From Takakia lepidozioides (taxonomy: Eukaryota > Plantae > Bryophyta), in contig CM060732.1 of the NCBI GenBank assembly GCA_030704615.1, forward strand, positions 59,582,001 to 59,646,000: 64,000 nucleotides of DNA, given 5' to 3'. Positions 10,953 to 25,454 of the stretch are shown here, one piece after another. The position numbers and the translations under genes were made by a program. Below the pieces are notes generated by a model. That model was not told where the DNA came from. It did not search any database and saw only the letters and a list, made by a program, of their open reading frames with translations. Position 1 is the stretch's first letter. Each line of letters starts with the position of its first letter.

Positions 10953-12308
10953 AGGCAAAACCACCTTTTCCAATATATTCAGAAAAAGGGATCCCGATGT
11001 ACACATTAGCCAATTTGAGCACATGTGTATAGTAAACAATGAGAATGACGATGATGCCAAATGAGATTGTTTTCCTTGTTCACTTATCAAGAAAGCAAGT
11101 GAATGGTATGCAAGATTTCCTGATAATCATTTCCTAACCTGGAATGGCTTGAATACCAGGCATCCGAAATAGGTTCAGACAAGTAAAACTGAGGATGAAG
11201 TGTATGGAAGTTTACAACAGTTAAAGCAAAGAAGCATGAAATTGTTGAGGAGTATATGGAAAAGATGGAATTGATGATGAAAAAGCTGGCTGCTGTACCA
11301 GCACCAGGTTTACAGAAGACTTGGTTATGAGTGGACTAAGACCAGAGTTGCAAAAGAAAGTGATATGTTACCCCATAATACAGTGGAGGAGGCATTTGAA
11401 ACTGCAAACATAATTGAGCAATTGGGAATGCTCAGGAGAGATAAAGGGATGATGAGGACTCTGAGGATGAGTCAGATGAAGAAGAAGAGCAAGAACTAAA
11501 AAGGAAAGAGTAAGAGAAAGGAGAGTTGAAAAGGGATAACTGTAAGAAAGATTAGAAGAAATCTTGAAGAAGTATGCCACAGAGGCGCAACACATTGGAG
11601 GAAGGGTGTATGGTGTGCAAAGTGTCAGAATGAAGGCCAGACCACCACTGAATGCCACATGAAGGAGAAACACTGTACTATCTGTAAATGGATAACCATT
11701 CTACTGAGATTGTTACTACAACAGAAGGACAAGCTGCAAGAGAACCTAGGCAAGTAAGGGTGCATCAGGTGCAACCCCTAGCCAGAAGAAACAATGACCA
11801 GGACCACTATGGTAGGTCTGGTGGTTATAACAATGGCATGGAAGGGAGGGGTAATTCAAGAGAATTACCAAGGAAATTCCAGAGGCAACTATCAGGGTAA
11901 TCCAAGGGGAATTACCCAGCCCGGGAATCAGGATTACAAAATAATCCAAGAGCAGACCAAGGGCGAGGACCCAATGGTGAAGAACTGTGTTACTATTGGT
12001 AATCAGCCAGGACATCGCAAGGCAGCCTGTTCATTCTGGATTAGACACCAGAATGAGATGAGAGCTCTGTGAATGAGGCCCAGTGGTGGCAGCTCACATG
12101 GTTAGGCCCATGTGTTTGTACCAGAAGTAAGTACAATGATAGTAACAAAAGCAAAGCCAAACTAATACCTCCAGTAGTTGAGGAAGATGATGATAATGGA
12201 AGGTGGCAGTCATATGCCTGAAGATGATGAGGCTTGGAGAGATGAGAAGGAACTGCACAAGGAAGTGGCAGATACCATAAGGGAAATGCAAAGAGTACTG
12301 ATATTCCT

Positions 12309-15300
12309 GTGGTAGATTCCTTTGATTCTGATGGAGAAGAAGAAGTGAGTGAGGATGAAAGGAAGAAAGAAGCTGCAGACATGCAAAGTAATGAAGGGAC
12401 TTTGGCTGAAGTAATATGCCAGACCAAAGCAGAGATTACCATTGGACAGCTATTGGCTGTGGCACCTTATTGTAGACACAGGCTGTATCAAGCAATCAAT
12501 CGAATTGCCCAGGAGACAGGAAACACAGACCTGAACAGCAAGGTGACCAGTTATAATGTGAAGCCGGAAGGGCGAGAAACAGTCATGGACTTTGATGATT
12601 CTATGCCAGTAATCCAATTGAGAATTGGAAGCACAGAACTAACTGATGTACTGATAGATGGAGGCTCTGGAGTAAATATCATGACAGACCAATTAAGAAA
12701 GAAGCTTGGTCTAAGTAACATGAAACTAGCCCCATTTACAGTAACAATGGCAGATCAAAGGAGTGTACAGCCATTGGGATTGATAAGAGGAGTTAAGATA
12801 CAGATACAAAAGATGATCTTTATGATCATAGTAACTGTGTTGAAGATGGATGAAGTCATGGAGGCTTACTCCTTATTATTGGGACGTCCGTGGCTGAAAC
12901 ATGCCAGGGTATTCCATGACTGGAATTCTCAGTTACTAACCGTGCATAATGGGATGCACGAGATACAAATTACCACAAAGAAATCTAGTAGATTACCTGC
13001 TACGAGAAGACCTCGAGGGGTCAGAGAGTATGACTGGAGAGGAGGACTGGATGAGGAGCAGGAAACTACCCTGTTTGCTACACACCCAGAGTGGGAGCAG
13101 GTTGCAGAGATGCGGCTTGAAGGCCTAAGTTGTTTAAGAGGTATCTGCTGTGGTGTAGTGTCAGCAACACCAACTGAAGAGGAAACCAGCAGTTACCCAT
13201 CACATTTCTATGAAGAAAGAGAAGGAGAAATGGAAATCCTAGAGGAACCAGCCACTGTGAGTTTACAGGATGAAGTGGTGACTGGTTGGACAATCACAGC
13301 TGAGAGCAGGTGAGGGAAGTGAATGTGGGAACTGAAGAGGAACCGAGGATGGTGAAGGTAGGAGCTGATTTGGAGCCAGAATTCTTTGTTGAAGAAGCTA
13401 AGAGTTTGTTCATCAAATACATAGATGTATTTGCTTGGAGCTACGAGGATCTAAAAGGGATACCACCTGAGATCTGTCAACATAAGATTGAACTGGAACC
13501 AGGATCAGTACCAATCAAGCAGGCAAGGTGAATCCCAACTATGCACAGAAGGTTGGAGAAGAGATCAATTAGTTGGCTGAGGCTAAGTTTATATACCCAA
13601 TAGAGTATACAACTTGGTTGTCACCCCTTGTGATAGTTCCCAAGACGAATGGTAAACTAAGAGTTTGTGTGAACTACAAGAAGCTGAATGCTTGTACGAA
13701 GAAAAATCATTTCCCTTTGCCATTCACAGAAGCAGTATTGGACACTGTGGTAGGCCATGAGATGTACTCATTCATGGATGGCTTCAATGGTTATAATCAA
13801 GTGCAAGTGGCAGAAGAAGACCAGGGAAAGACAGCTTTCATCACAGACTGGGGTGCTTATGCATACAAAGTCATGCCCTTTGGACTTTGTAATGCACCAG
13901 CAACCTTTCAAAGAGTGATAAGTGAATCTTTTCATGAGTATATGGATGATTTCATGCAGGTGTTCTTGGATGATTTCAGTGTGTACAGCTCTAAGAATGA
14001 GCACTTGCATAAATTGGAGTTATGTCTGGCTAGATGCAGGATGAGAGGTCTGGGCCTGAATCCAGAGAAGTGTACTTTCTGTGTGAACTCAGGGGTGCTT
14101 CTGGGACACATTGTGTGTAAGAGGGGACTTCTTGTGGATCCCAGGAAGACAGAGGCCATTAAAGCCTCTCCACCACCAGTGAATGTTAAGAGTCTAAGGA
14201 GATTCCTTGGACAAACCAGCTATTACAGAAGATTTGTCAGACGGTATGCACAGATAGCAGCACCATTGAGCAAACTTCTGAAGAAAGATGTAGTGTTTAC
14301 ATGGACACCTGAATGTCAATAGGCTTTTGAGGAACTTACATTGTCAGTAACAACTACACCTGTGCTGACTAATCCTTACTGGCAAGAAATATTTCATGTT
14401 CACTGTGATGTTTCTCGAGAAGCACTAGGAGCAGTGTTAGCCCAAAATGTTACAGGAAGGATAGATTCACTTGTGTACAATGCTAGCCGATTGATGAACA
14501 ATGCCGAAAGAATTTAGCACAACGGAAAGAGAAGCATTGGCAATGATCTATGCAGTGAAGAAATTCAGGCATTACCTGTTGGGCAAGAAGTTTATGTTCT
14601 ATGTGGATCACCAGGCACTGATATACCTGGTAAACAAACCTCTGATAAGCGGAAGAATAGCAAGATGGTTGATAATCTTGCACGAGTTTGAGTTCGAGGT
14701 TGTTTACAAGCCTGGGAGGCTGCATCTTGTGGCGGATCACTTCTCACGGTTATCAACAGGAGAACCAGCCACGGGAGTAGATGATCAATTACCAGATGCG
14801 AGTCTATTTGTAGTGGAGGTGCAGGAAGTGCAGATGACTGTTAGATTGGCAGTGGCCAATCAGATACTACCTTGCTCATGGTCAGTGCCCACCAAGTTAT
14901 GGAAAGGAGCAGAGAAAGAGAATTGCTATCAAGGCTCTACCTTACACTATGGTAGGGAGCAGAATGTATAAGCTAGGACCAGATGGAGTGCTGAAGCGAT
15001 GCTTATACCACCATGAAGTTAATAATAAAGTTTTGGAGGAAGTTCATAAAGGAGTGGCAGGAGGTCATTTTGGAGAAGAGACTATCAGTAGGAAGATACT
15101 ACATGCAGGTTACTGGTGGCCTACTTTGTTTCAAAGATGTACACAAGTATTGTCAGAGTTGTGATAAAAGTCAGAGGCTAGGACCTTTGCAGAGATCATG
15201 GAAGATGGCTTTGCATCCTACAATGCCTACGGAACCATTTTAGAAATGGGGACTAGACTTTGTTGGACCAATTAACCCACAAGCCAAGAATACACAGACA

Positions 15301-16100
15301 GTTACATAATTACATTACAGCCACTGATTATACTACGAAGTGGGTGGAAGCTAAAGCTTTGAGGGCACACACACAGCCAAGTCCACAGCAAGGTTCCTGT
15401 ATGAGAACATACTTACACGATTTGGCTGTCCCTTGGAATTTATCAGTGATCAGGAGAAGTCACTTCATTAATGAAACCATTGAATTATTGACTAAGAGTT
15501 CATGATTGTGCATAGGAAGAGTACAACATATTACCCACAGGGTAATGGGCAGGCAGAGCTACCAACAAAATACTATGTACTATCTTGGCTAAGATAGTCA
15601 ATGCAAACAGAACGATTGGGATACAAAGCTGCTGACAGCTTTGTGGTCATACAAGACTTCATATAAATTCACCACTAAGTATACACCATTCCAATTAGTT
15701 TATGGTATGGAAGCTTTACTTCCAGTGGAATTCCTGTTACCTACCATGAGAACGGAATGGGGAAAGAGAATGGAATTGCAAGATTCAATTAAGGTCAGGA
15801 AACATGAATTATACCATGTGGAACAATACGTGCTGATGCAGCTAATAACATGACCAAAATTCAGATGAAGAAATGGAACAGTTTGATGAAGGCAAGATAA
15901 AGACTTTAAGACGGGAGATTTGGTTCTCTGGTTGCAGAAGAAGGGAAAGATTAAAGCTTCTAAGCTTAAATCACCATGGAAAGGACCTTATGTCATACAG
16001 AAGATGTATGATAAACAACACCGCCATGTTACAAACCATTAACAAAGAGATGTTGGGAAGAGTCAATGCCAATAAGTTGAAGGGGTACAATGTTGTATCC
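12309..16100 (+). pseudogene. Gypsy pol (PR-RT-RH-INT), disrupted
   Basis: ORFs 12309-13313, 13310-13531, 13573-14322, 14501-14971 and 14949-15853 carry the domain motifs in shifting frames. Confidence 0.93.
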
Positions 16101-16224
16101 ATGACAAACCATTGTAGCATGATTTGTATGTTGAAACGCAGAAGCAGTCACGGGCTGCGCCAGTGATACCACAGAGTATGGAGCACTTGTTGCTAGACCG
16201 AGCGTATATGACCGGGCGGGCAGT

Positions 16225-16545
16225 ACAGGCGCAACACGCCTATCACAGCCCAGCACGGCGCGACACAGCATATCACAACACAGCCCAGCACGGCGCACAC
16301 ACCCTATCACACACATCACAGCCCAGCACGGCGCAACACAGCCTATCACAGCCCAGCACGGCGCAACACGACATATCACACAGCCCCAGCACGCGCGACA
16401 CAGCATATCACAGCCTAGCACGGCGCAACACATCCTATCACAGCCCATCACAGCGTGTCACAGCCTATCACAGCTTACCACAATGCCACCAACCTATCAC
16501 AGCGTACCATGTATCCACAGCCTGTCACACAGCACAACACAGCCT
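16225..16545. repeat. CACAGCC-based degenerate minisatellite inside the gypsy element
   Basis: tcacagcccagcacggcgc units. Related cacagcc units occur in the LTR at 20960-21180. Confidence 0.85.
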
Positions 16546-17259
16546 ACTAGGGTTACACAATCCATAGGATCAGTGACAAGTGGACGTGGGTTAACATCCG
16601 GAGAGTGGCCAGCGGAAAAGTGGATGAAGGCACGTGTAAAAATGGACACGTGGACCCAGGGCGAGACACACAGCCGACATGGATTGCAAGGATCAGCGAC
16701 TGTCATCAAGAAAAAGACAAAATGGACGTGGACCGTCAAAGTATCCTAAAGACCCGACACATTAACTATTATGGGCCCAATTAATGCATACGGGGAAAGG
16801 GTAACGGAACCTTAAAAAATACCGAAAGCGAAATCCATGTCACATGTGCTATCCTAGTGGACAGTCCAGAGTGGAAAATCCATGGAAGGAAATGAAATCT
16901 AAAATCCAGTCATAGCAGTTACAACCAATCAAAAGCCAGAAGCAGGATCAAGAAAATGGAGGAATTTTAAGCGCAAGAGTCGGCGTCGTTCCAAGTAACG
17001 GGCGTCACGACGGGACAGACCATCAATGCTATAGCTTTGAAGCTATGGAGGAACTAACAGACTATACGATCGCGATACTACTTACGCAGTGGCATGGGGA
17101 TAGAAGAAAAGAGAGTATATTTTCTCTTAATCGATGCTTGCAAGCCCCGCAGGCTTACAAGAAATTACCCATAGCATTTTGTGGCAACCATACGTTTATG
17201 CTTTGTGCCTGCAGGCATTTCTTCAATTGTTACAGCCAAAACCTTTCTGTGGGTCTAGA

Positions 17260-20200
17260 ATGAAGAGAGTGAGAGGAATGGAAGAAATCAGGGTGAAGAG
17301 CACCACAATCCTGCAGAAACAAACGATTGCTACTCCACAGGCGGTACAGTTACTGAAGGAGCTGCGATTAGAAGGATTGCAAAGCAAAGATTGGACATTG
17401 CACCATAGGCAGTACATGTTACAATTCTTGCAGAACTTTGAGCCTAGGATAGGAGCAACAACGGTGAAGGGAGTTGAATTAGAAATTACTCCCCTATACC
17501 TACAACAATTGTTTGAATTGCCATCAGGTCAAGTGCATGTGGAGGAGCACAGGGCAAGACTGCAAATAGGGGACTTATTCCAAGAAGGGAGTTTCTTTAA
17601 AACTTAGGGTTATGCTTGTACCAAGGCCGTCTACCCAAGGCTAAGGGAGGTAGGCCAGGTATTGAACGTTCTGTTTGCCATGAAACAGAACCAACAGTAT
17701 TTGAGCAGATCTTCACAGAGAAATACTCAAAGCCCTGAGAGGAGAAGAGGTAGCATGGGCGGACATAATGTACAACGCACTGGTAGAGGAGATGAAAAGA
17801 TTACAGGACACTACCGCAAAGTCTCCTATCATAGTGTCTGGCCCAATCATTGCTCAAATAATTCTTGATTCTTGCATACTTGATGCTCGGGAAAGAAAGG
17901 AGATGGGAGTGTTTGAGACCGAAACCACTGCAATGGAAGAGCAAGGCTCTTCACACAGTGAGGGTGGACTGGCAGGGCAACCCCAGTCTAAGAGACAGAG
18001 GCGGAGAAAGACTGTAGAGGCGGATCCACTGGCTTCACGAAAACCGCATGATAATGTTTCCCAAGCTTTTGTGCAGGAAGGGGCACAGCAGCACAGAGAG
18101 CTGCTATTATTGGAAGCAGGGCCTTCAGAGAGGGAAGAGGAAGTTACTTCAGTATCACAGCCATCACAGCCAAATGATCGACTTGTCACAGAGTTACCAC
18201 AAGTTGTCCATGCAGTTCCACCACAAATAATTGATCTGGAGAAAGAAGGGTTAGATATCCCCACTACAGAACAGGTGGTGGCAGAAATTGAGAAGGGGGA
18301 CCTTCTCTATGAAAATTCGGGCTTGGTCAGGGAAACAATGATTGCAGAGGTGCAGCGGTTGTCCAGGGGAAACCCTGTTGTGCATATAATACACACACCT
18401 GTGACGGAGGTACCACAGGTAGAATGTCAAGACACTGCAGCACCTGTGACGGATGAAGTGGTTCAGGAAGAAAATCTGGTGGGGCAATGGCCTGAATGGT
18501 TCGTGCGGCATCACACTGTTGAGGATCAGGGAGAATAGCAGCAAGCTCACCATGATGACCCTCAACAGGCCATGCTTATGAGTTCCATAACCAGGACACT
18601 TAATTTGTTGGGCACTTATGTCAAATCCCATGTTCCAACTACCCAATTGGCAGCTTTGAGGGAGGAACTCAGGAAGGAGTTTGAAGCTCGACTTGCCACT
18701 GAGTATGCAAACAAGGTCGATGAGGAGGTCACTCTCAAGATACAGCAAGACTTAGAGAGTACAAAAGCTGCTTTGCAATTGGCCAAGGAACAATTGATTG
18801 AGGCAGGCCTCGCGCAAGACCAGTTGCACGAAGCACATAAACAACAGCTATACCAAATGCAGGTGAAGCATGAAAGCAAGTTGCAAGAAGTGAATGCACT
18901 ACATACGGAGTTGCAGACAGTGCATGACAGAATGGCCATACAATGTGCTACACTCACAACTACTCTTCAGCAAACGACATTAGAAGTTAACAAACAAGGG
19001 GAGTTATTAATGAAGGCAGAGGCAAAAAATGTCGAGAAGGCAACTCTCATTGTTGATATGAAGAATACAATCTGTCGCAATGAGAATACTTTCAAGCAAT
19101 ACAGGCAGGTTGAAGCTGACCAAGAGATGTATATCCTGGAGTTGCAACAAACGCTCATGGTAAATAGAAATGAACTCTCTGTGGCTAACAAGGCTCGGAA
19201 AGAAGCCAATAATCTAACTGCTGCCTATGCGAGTTTGGTTGAACCTCATGCGAAGCGCATGGAGGCTTTACAGCAACAGATAGATGTGTACAGGCTCATA
19301 GAGGAGCAGACTCTAAGGGGTGCCACAAGCAGGTCTGGTTAGCACAAGGGCCGGTGGAGGGCAAGGCACCACGAAAGCTCACCCAAAGCGAGATGAATGA
19401 GCTCAGACTGCAAGTGTAGAACATTGCTACAATTACTATAGACAATGTCTATAGTAGGATAGCGGAGCTACAAGAGGATGTAGACGGCCTACAGACTCAG
19501 GTGGAGGACCTGACATCAAATATTGACAAAAGAGCCTTTGTACCTGAGGAGCAGCTGATGGCTTCTTATTTACAAGCCAGAACTTTGGCTTTTCAGTCTT
19601 CTTTGCAGGGGGTGCAGGAGATGCAAGTGGTACAAAAGCCAGTGCCACCAACACCACAACAAGTCACTGTGATAGTAGCTGACCCTGTTGTTACTACAGC
19701 CACACCACAGCCACCACAGCCTGAGGTATGGGGGGATGCTGCTTTTAACCCACCTAAAACTCATGCTGCACGTGAGTACAGTCGGGCTATGATAATGCCC
19801 TTCAACCAAATTCCAATTGTGTTGGATTTGGCTTGGAAAGAATTTAGTCCTCCACAGTCGTTGGCACATTACTACCAGATCATGTGCATTTGGCTGCCAG
19901 TGGCAACTAGGACTAAGGTTCTTCCGAACAATCGACCCATTGAGGATCATCACTTTGCGAGGTACTGGCAGGAGGCAAGTACCATGTTGAAGGAATTAAT
20001 TGCCTTCCAAGTTGTACATGGGTACATTTATACCAAGACCAAGGAGGTAGCAAGTATTGTCATGGGCTGCGGGTTATACTATGCTGCTTGTTTTCTGGCA
20101 CGTTATCACATTGAGCAGCAGAAGATGCAATCACGATTTCTGAGTTATTCCAGTGGGGATCATTGGGTCTTACCTTCAGTGCCACCTCATTGTACCTCTA

Positions 20201-20531
20201 TGATGCAAAGGTGATGATGCAAAAGGACTCCCAACTTCGTTCATGGTTTCATGCGGCCTGGAACAATTTGTCAACACAGAAATTTGGGCCTGACGATATT
20301 TTCTTTAAGGGCCAAGAAGCATGGAAATACTTGCACAATTCACAAGTCATTGGTACACCACTCACCTGGACAGACAAGGAGTTCAGGGTCTTCACCAATT
20401 TTGCCATTCAGCGCTTACAGCAAGTTTTGCAATTTAAACTTCCAGACATGGTGGGACAACATTGTATGCCCCAGAGAATTCCAGTTAGAGTTCGACCGTT
20501 AAAACACCTCAGGGGGGAACGAGGATTCTGA
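17260..20531 (+). pseudogene. Additional sense ORF downstream of integrase (plant-transposon-protein-like N-terminus plus coiled coil), broken by stops and frameshifts
   Basis: ORF chain 17134-17607, 17768-18538, 18572-19342 (heptad-rich), 19501-20214 and 20163-20531 between INT and PPT. Confidence 0.7.
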
Positions 20532-20829
20532 TACAACTGTTTCTTCAGCGGACTCTTTTGACATGGCAGAGGACTATGCAATTTAGATGGCAGAGAAGAA
20601 GCGACGGGGGTCTCCTATGCCTGAAAGATTACCTCGATATCAGCCTCCAAAGGGACTGACATATCCAGGTAGTGTTTAAACATCTCCCTCAATCAGTGAC
20701 AGGACACGGTCTCACACACGGAGTCCTTCACGAGACTCTCAACGTCACAAGGGTGCTCGCTCATAAAGGTTTACAAATCCCAAACAGTAAACCGTGAGGA
20801 CACGGCTTTTTTGAGAGGGGGAGGGGTAA

Positions 20830-21821
20830 TGTTAGAGGGCTGCTTGGGACTTAGACGCTTTTACGGGATATGTGGGGTACTCTTAATTTTTGCACAGACT
20901 GAGACCAACAGGAGCCTTAGGGGTGACAGCAGCGCACTTTAAGGGGGGGGGGGGGTTATACAGCCCGTCATAGCCAACACAGTCCGTCACAGTCCGTCAC
21001 AGTCCAACACAGCCCGTCACAGTCCGACGCAGCCGACACAGCCGCCACAGCTAGACACAGCCGTCACAGCCAATCACAACCCGACACAGCCGCCACAGCT
21101 TCGCACAGCCCTACACAGCCCGACACAGCCAGTCACAGTCCGCCACAGCCTTACACAGCCAGTCACAGCTTCGCACAGCTGGGGAACAGTTATCAATGGC
21201 AGGGAACGACTGTGAGGGAACGACATCTGCAAAAGGAACGTGTACTACAGGGATGACGGTTAGTTAGGAAAGCGGTTAGAACAGCTTGTAGGGGGATAAA
21301 GTCAAGAACGGGGACTTCTTGGGGATCACTACTTCTGGAAGGACTGGTGGCATCACTGTGGGAAATGGAGCGGAGAGCGCATCTCTGAGTAGAAAGAGGG
21401 AGAGCATGGAGTAGGAGGAGAACGATCTGTTGATGCTTGATGAATGCAAGCAGTAGAGTTGTAATGTAGAGCAGATTAGAGACTCCATGGCTTCAGCCTG
21501 ATACTTGATAGATATTAATCTGATTCATACTTCATACTCACACTGTGTAGAGAGATCTGAGTGAAGCTGTGGAATGAATGGATGAGTTGATGGAATCCGA
21601 TAGATTGCTGAAGCAATCCGATACTTAAATACCAACAGTAAGGTAACTAGCTAACATGAATACGGGAAGGAATACAAATAGGAAACACCCCCATGATACA
21701 CTGGTTGTAGGTCATGACTGATTGTTCTGAGCGGGCTGAGTGCTTAGAGATTTCCAACTCTTCTATCTTGGAGTTCCCACCTCGGATAGCGAAGGGATGG
21801 GTGAGTAAAAGCCGCGCGACA
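20830..21821 (+). repeat. 3' LTR of the gypsy element
   Basis: The polypurine tract gagagggggagggg (~20813-20826) is followed by TGTTAG at 20830. Probable end ..CGACA at 21821; the right boundary is unconfirmed without a 5' LTR. Confidence 0.7.
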
Positions 21822-22532
21822 GAGAAGCACTTGGATACATAGGAGATTGCACTTCGGCTTAGATTTCAATTCTTCACACATGGGCCACTTGCACATGCTA
21901 CCCTAGATCTCCCAAACAAGGGGGGTCTTTGGATACATAGGGGATTGCACTTGGACTTAGATGACATTGTTGAACATTGGAGGTCACACTTGGGCCTCTG
22001 GGAGAACATATGAGATTGCACATGGGCCAATGGCACATGCTACCCTAGGCCTAGATCTCCCAAACATGAGGGTCTCTCTATACATAGGGGATTGCACTTG
22101 GACGTGGATGACATTGGACACTTGGGCCAACGACACAGGCTATCCTAGTGTATAATAATGGAGGCTATGTTTGCTTCCTCCATCATCACCAACAAACAAA
22201 AGCTTGAAAACAATACCTACTAAAAATCTATACTATCACGCGGCTCTACACCTATTTCCATAGGGCCCACTCCCCCAAGGCTATAGTAGCCACAAGGTGA
22301 AGTGCTCTTAGTTATGCCGGCTTTGGCTGGAGTCTCTCTCTCTCTAATGATGGGTACCCAAGATTCAAAAAAGCTGGAACCTTGTTATCAAGAAGACCTA
22401 ATTGGAAGCTCTTTGAGCTTTGAATTCGTGGATTGAACTATAACTAAGTAATTCCTCTTGCCCCAAGGTTTTTAGCAAGCACTCTTGAGTAAGTGAACTT
22501 ATATTCTGGACAGTTCAATTAAATTCCTAGTA

Positions 22533-25454
22533 TTAGCATTGCGGGAAGGGCCCGGGGGTCCCAGTCCACCCTTCTATGCACTGGAACAAGGGGGTAACAA
22601 GCTTGCCTTCAGAAATGGCAGTGTAGACCTTCTCAAATTGTTGACTAGGAGATACCTCACTAGTTCCGGACAGCAACTGGGTTCCCAATTCTGACCTCAC
22701 AAATTTGTAGAGAGGGAAAGTTCTGCAGTTCTCAATCCGGTTTGGGACTGAAGAGAATCCCTCATTGTCGTAGGCGTCCCGGATTTGAGGTACCTCTGCA
22801 CTGAGGCGAGCCTTCAACTCCTCCTCAAAGAAAGGAATCCTTTGGAAGACAGAAGTGGCTTCAGACTGTTCACCCTTGGCATTCTTGAGGGAGTGTGCTA
22901 CCAGCACTTCTCTCAACTTCTGCATAAGAGGATAAGATTCGCTGGAAGCATCATCAATGTAGGTGAAAACTGGCTGGTGATCCACCACTCGCAAGAGATC
23001 CTTCTCACATAAATGTTAAGTTAGAAGCACGCCATTATTTCCTGTAATGAGTGTTTTCTTGGCCACCTGGGCGACAATTTGTTTGACAACTGATTGCATC
23101 GTCTCCTCAACATGACGCAGGTCGATAGCCTGGCAGAGACCCACCAAAAAAGTGGAGCTCATGAGCTTCAAAATCTCGATGGCCTCCTCTGTCTTTCGAG
23201 CAGACACCAGCCCCAGCGAGTTGATATCCTGATTGTGCTGCTCAGCGCTCTGGACGTGGGTAGTCACCGGGTTGGCCAAATAATTTAACTCTGAAAGATA
23301 CGAAGCCATAGCTATCTCCCCTCCCTTCAGGCCATAATCTAGACTTGGGTTAGGACCGCCGCTCAGATTGGAGGGCAACCCGTTGCTATAGTAGTCGTTC
23401 ACAAGCTCAAAGAACTGAGCAAACATTAGTTTTCCCATGGCAGCTACTGCCAAACGCATGTTGTCCATGGAAACACCAATTGGGGTTCCCTGGAAGTTAC
23501 CGCCATGAAGGGCTCTACCTTGAGCAACATCAATGATTGGGTTGTCATTCACGGAGTTGATCTCCCTTTGGATGACATGCGTCGTAGTGCGAATGACCTC
23601 CACCTGTTCACAGGTTCCAAATTTGCCAATCTTTAGTCATCTCCACTGGAACCAAGATAACTTGGAAATCCGGAAAAGGTTGAGAGCTTTGTTGCAGCTT
23701 TCATGTAAGAGCTCCCATCAAGCACCCACTCCATGATTGCGGCTGCCTCCATCTGTCCAGGATGATGTTTAAGCTTGTGCCAGCAAACTCTGGCTTTCCT
23801 TGCATGACTTCACAAAATAGGGCCGAGAGTATCTCCGCAAGCAGGGCAAGGACATTAGCATCGTAGCACACAGTGCATGCCAATCCCGAGCCGACCGCAG
23901 TTCCATTCACCAGGGCGAGGCCTTCCTTTGGCATCAGTATGAATGGCTTTTCTACACCTGCCATCCTAAGAGCCTCTGCCGCTGACACTTCCTTTCCGTC
24001 CTCTGTAACCGCTCTGGAATTGGGTCTGGCTGTAAGAAGACCTGCCATTGGAAGAAAACCAAAACAGTTACTCCCTTGAGAACGTAATATATCTATCTTG
24101 CGACACATGAACAGTGCACGAGTACTAATTTATTCTTTCCAATTTTGCTCAAAGATTACCAAAGCGAGTGATGTTTTTGACTAGAGCTTTTCTTGTGCGT
24201 GATTGGAGGTCCATCAAGGAAAACTTGTCCAAGCAAACTTGTTGGAGGGACCTGCATTACAGATCTCAAGTGTTCACATATTTGGATGGCGACGTTTAAG
24301 AATTGTAGCCGAACTGCATGGTGAACTTAAGGGAACTGAAGGGCGAGGATCCACTGGAGGAGTCAAGATGTGGGTGCCATGAATTTCGTTAGCGTACAGG
24401 TTGAAGACCTAGCCATTTCTATGGTTGCTCGAGAGGACAACGGACATGGTGCTCTACACCGTGTTTTCGGAGGGAGAGATGGGAATGGTCACAAGGAACT
24501 TGGATTTTTGTCTCACATACCAGCGATGTAAGACAAGGGCACGAGGTCCCCTAAAGGACTGATGGTTCCCCGCAGAGGCAAGTTTTTCCAGTGCTTCCAA
24601 AATCTCCCTCCGAATTCCTGAGTATCCCTGCATCAAAGTGTTTGTGTGCACGATCATGGCTGCCCGAGTGGTCGGGGCAGGCAAAGTGTTGGAGTCGCCC
24701 GTGATCACTCCGGCGTTCAAAAACCTGGATAGAAACAACTACAGGTATCACTGTGCAGATTATATCAAAGACTGCGCTCAGGAGAAATGTTGTTCAAATT
24801 TATGCGAGTTCGCATGTTCACTAACAATTCATATGGTGTCCTTCCAACTACAAATTATACAACTAAAAATATCTAGATCTTCTTCGAATGCACTATCCCA
24901 CTGGAGACGATTATTCGTAATGTTGAAGGACCAAATCACAAAGTACAGTGGACTACCGAGCTATCATTTGGAAAACTCGCAAAATAAAATAGTTGTACAG
25001 TCCGGTTCCAGAACAAGTACCTGATCAGCTCTCTCTGTAGCTCTGTTCCTTGCTGGGTACTGCGGTATGAAGTGTCCCCAAACCCAGTGGTAACACCATA
25101 GATATCTCCCCCGTTCATTATCTTCTGAATAACCCAAGAGGAGCTTTCATCGACTCTATTCTTTGCTCTTGCAGCATCTAGCACTACTCTCACTTCCGGG
25201 CGACAGGCGATAGCCGCAACATGGGCCACTGTGAGGGTTACACCCTCGATGGAGACCTCCTTGGTCTCAGAGAATGTTTGGACCATTTGTTTGACCTCAT
25301 CGAAGTGGCTGCCTTGTAAACCTGCAGCAACGCGACCCCAATTAAGGGGATTGACCGAATGGACGCCTTCCATGCAGACAGAGTCCACTCCGTTTGCCTC
25401 GTGCATTTTGATTTTGTTGTTTGCTGCGCAGTTTGTTTTCTCTGTCATCACCAT
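22533..25454 (-). pseudogene. PAL: Phenylalanine ammonia-lyase pseudogene (4 exons)
   Basis: Motifs [48 protein letters not shown] and [11 protein letters not shown]. Exons ~25454-25021, 24724-24521, 24041-~23680, 23603-22533. In-frame TAA at 23016-23018, frameshifting deletions, and the MIO Ala-Ser-Gly reads Pro-Leu-Gly. Confidence 0.93.

Larger units (their letters stand above)
9560..21821 (+). mobile_element. Degenerate non-chromovirus Ty3/gypsy LTR retrotransposon (5' LTR not seen)
   Basis: Gag (DPDVHISQFE.., zinc knuckles ~11600-12030), protease VLIDGGSGVNI, RT (MPFGLCNAPATFQR, FLDD), RNase H (EREALA..DHQAL) and integrase (GGHFG..YWWP, DYTTKWVEA) in gypsy order. Many stops and frameshifts. 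PPT and 3' LTR present. Confidence 0.93.

Noticed and set aside
10105-11090. ORFs of 235-305 aa
   Set aside because: They are artefacts of reading through the N gap.
16029-16567. Cys-rich and His/Ser-rich ORFs
   Set aside because: They are translations of the CACAGCC minisatellite.
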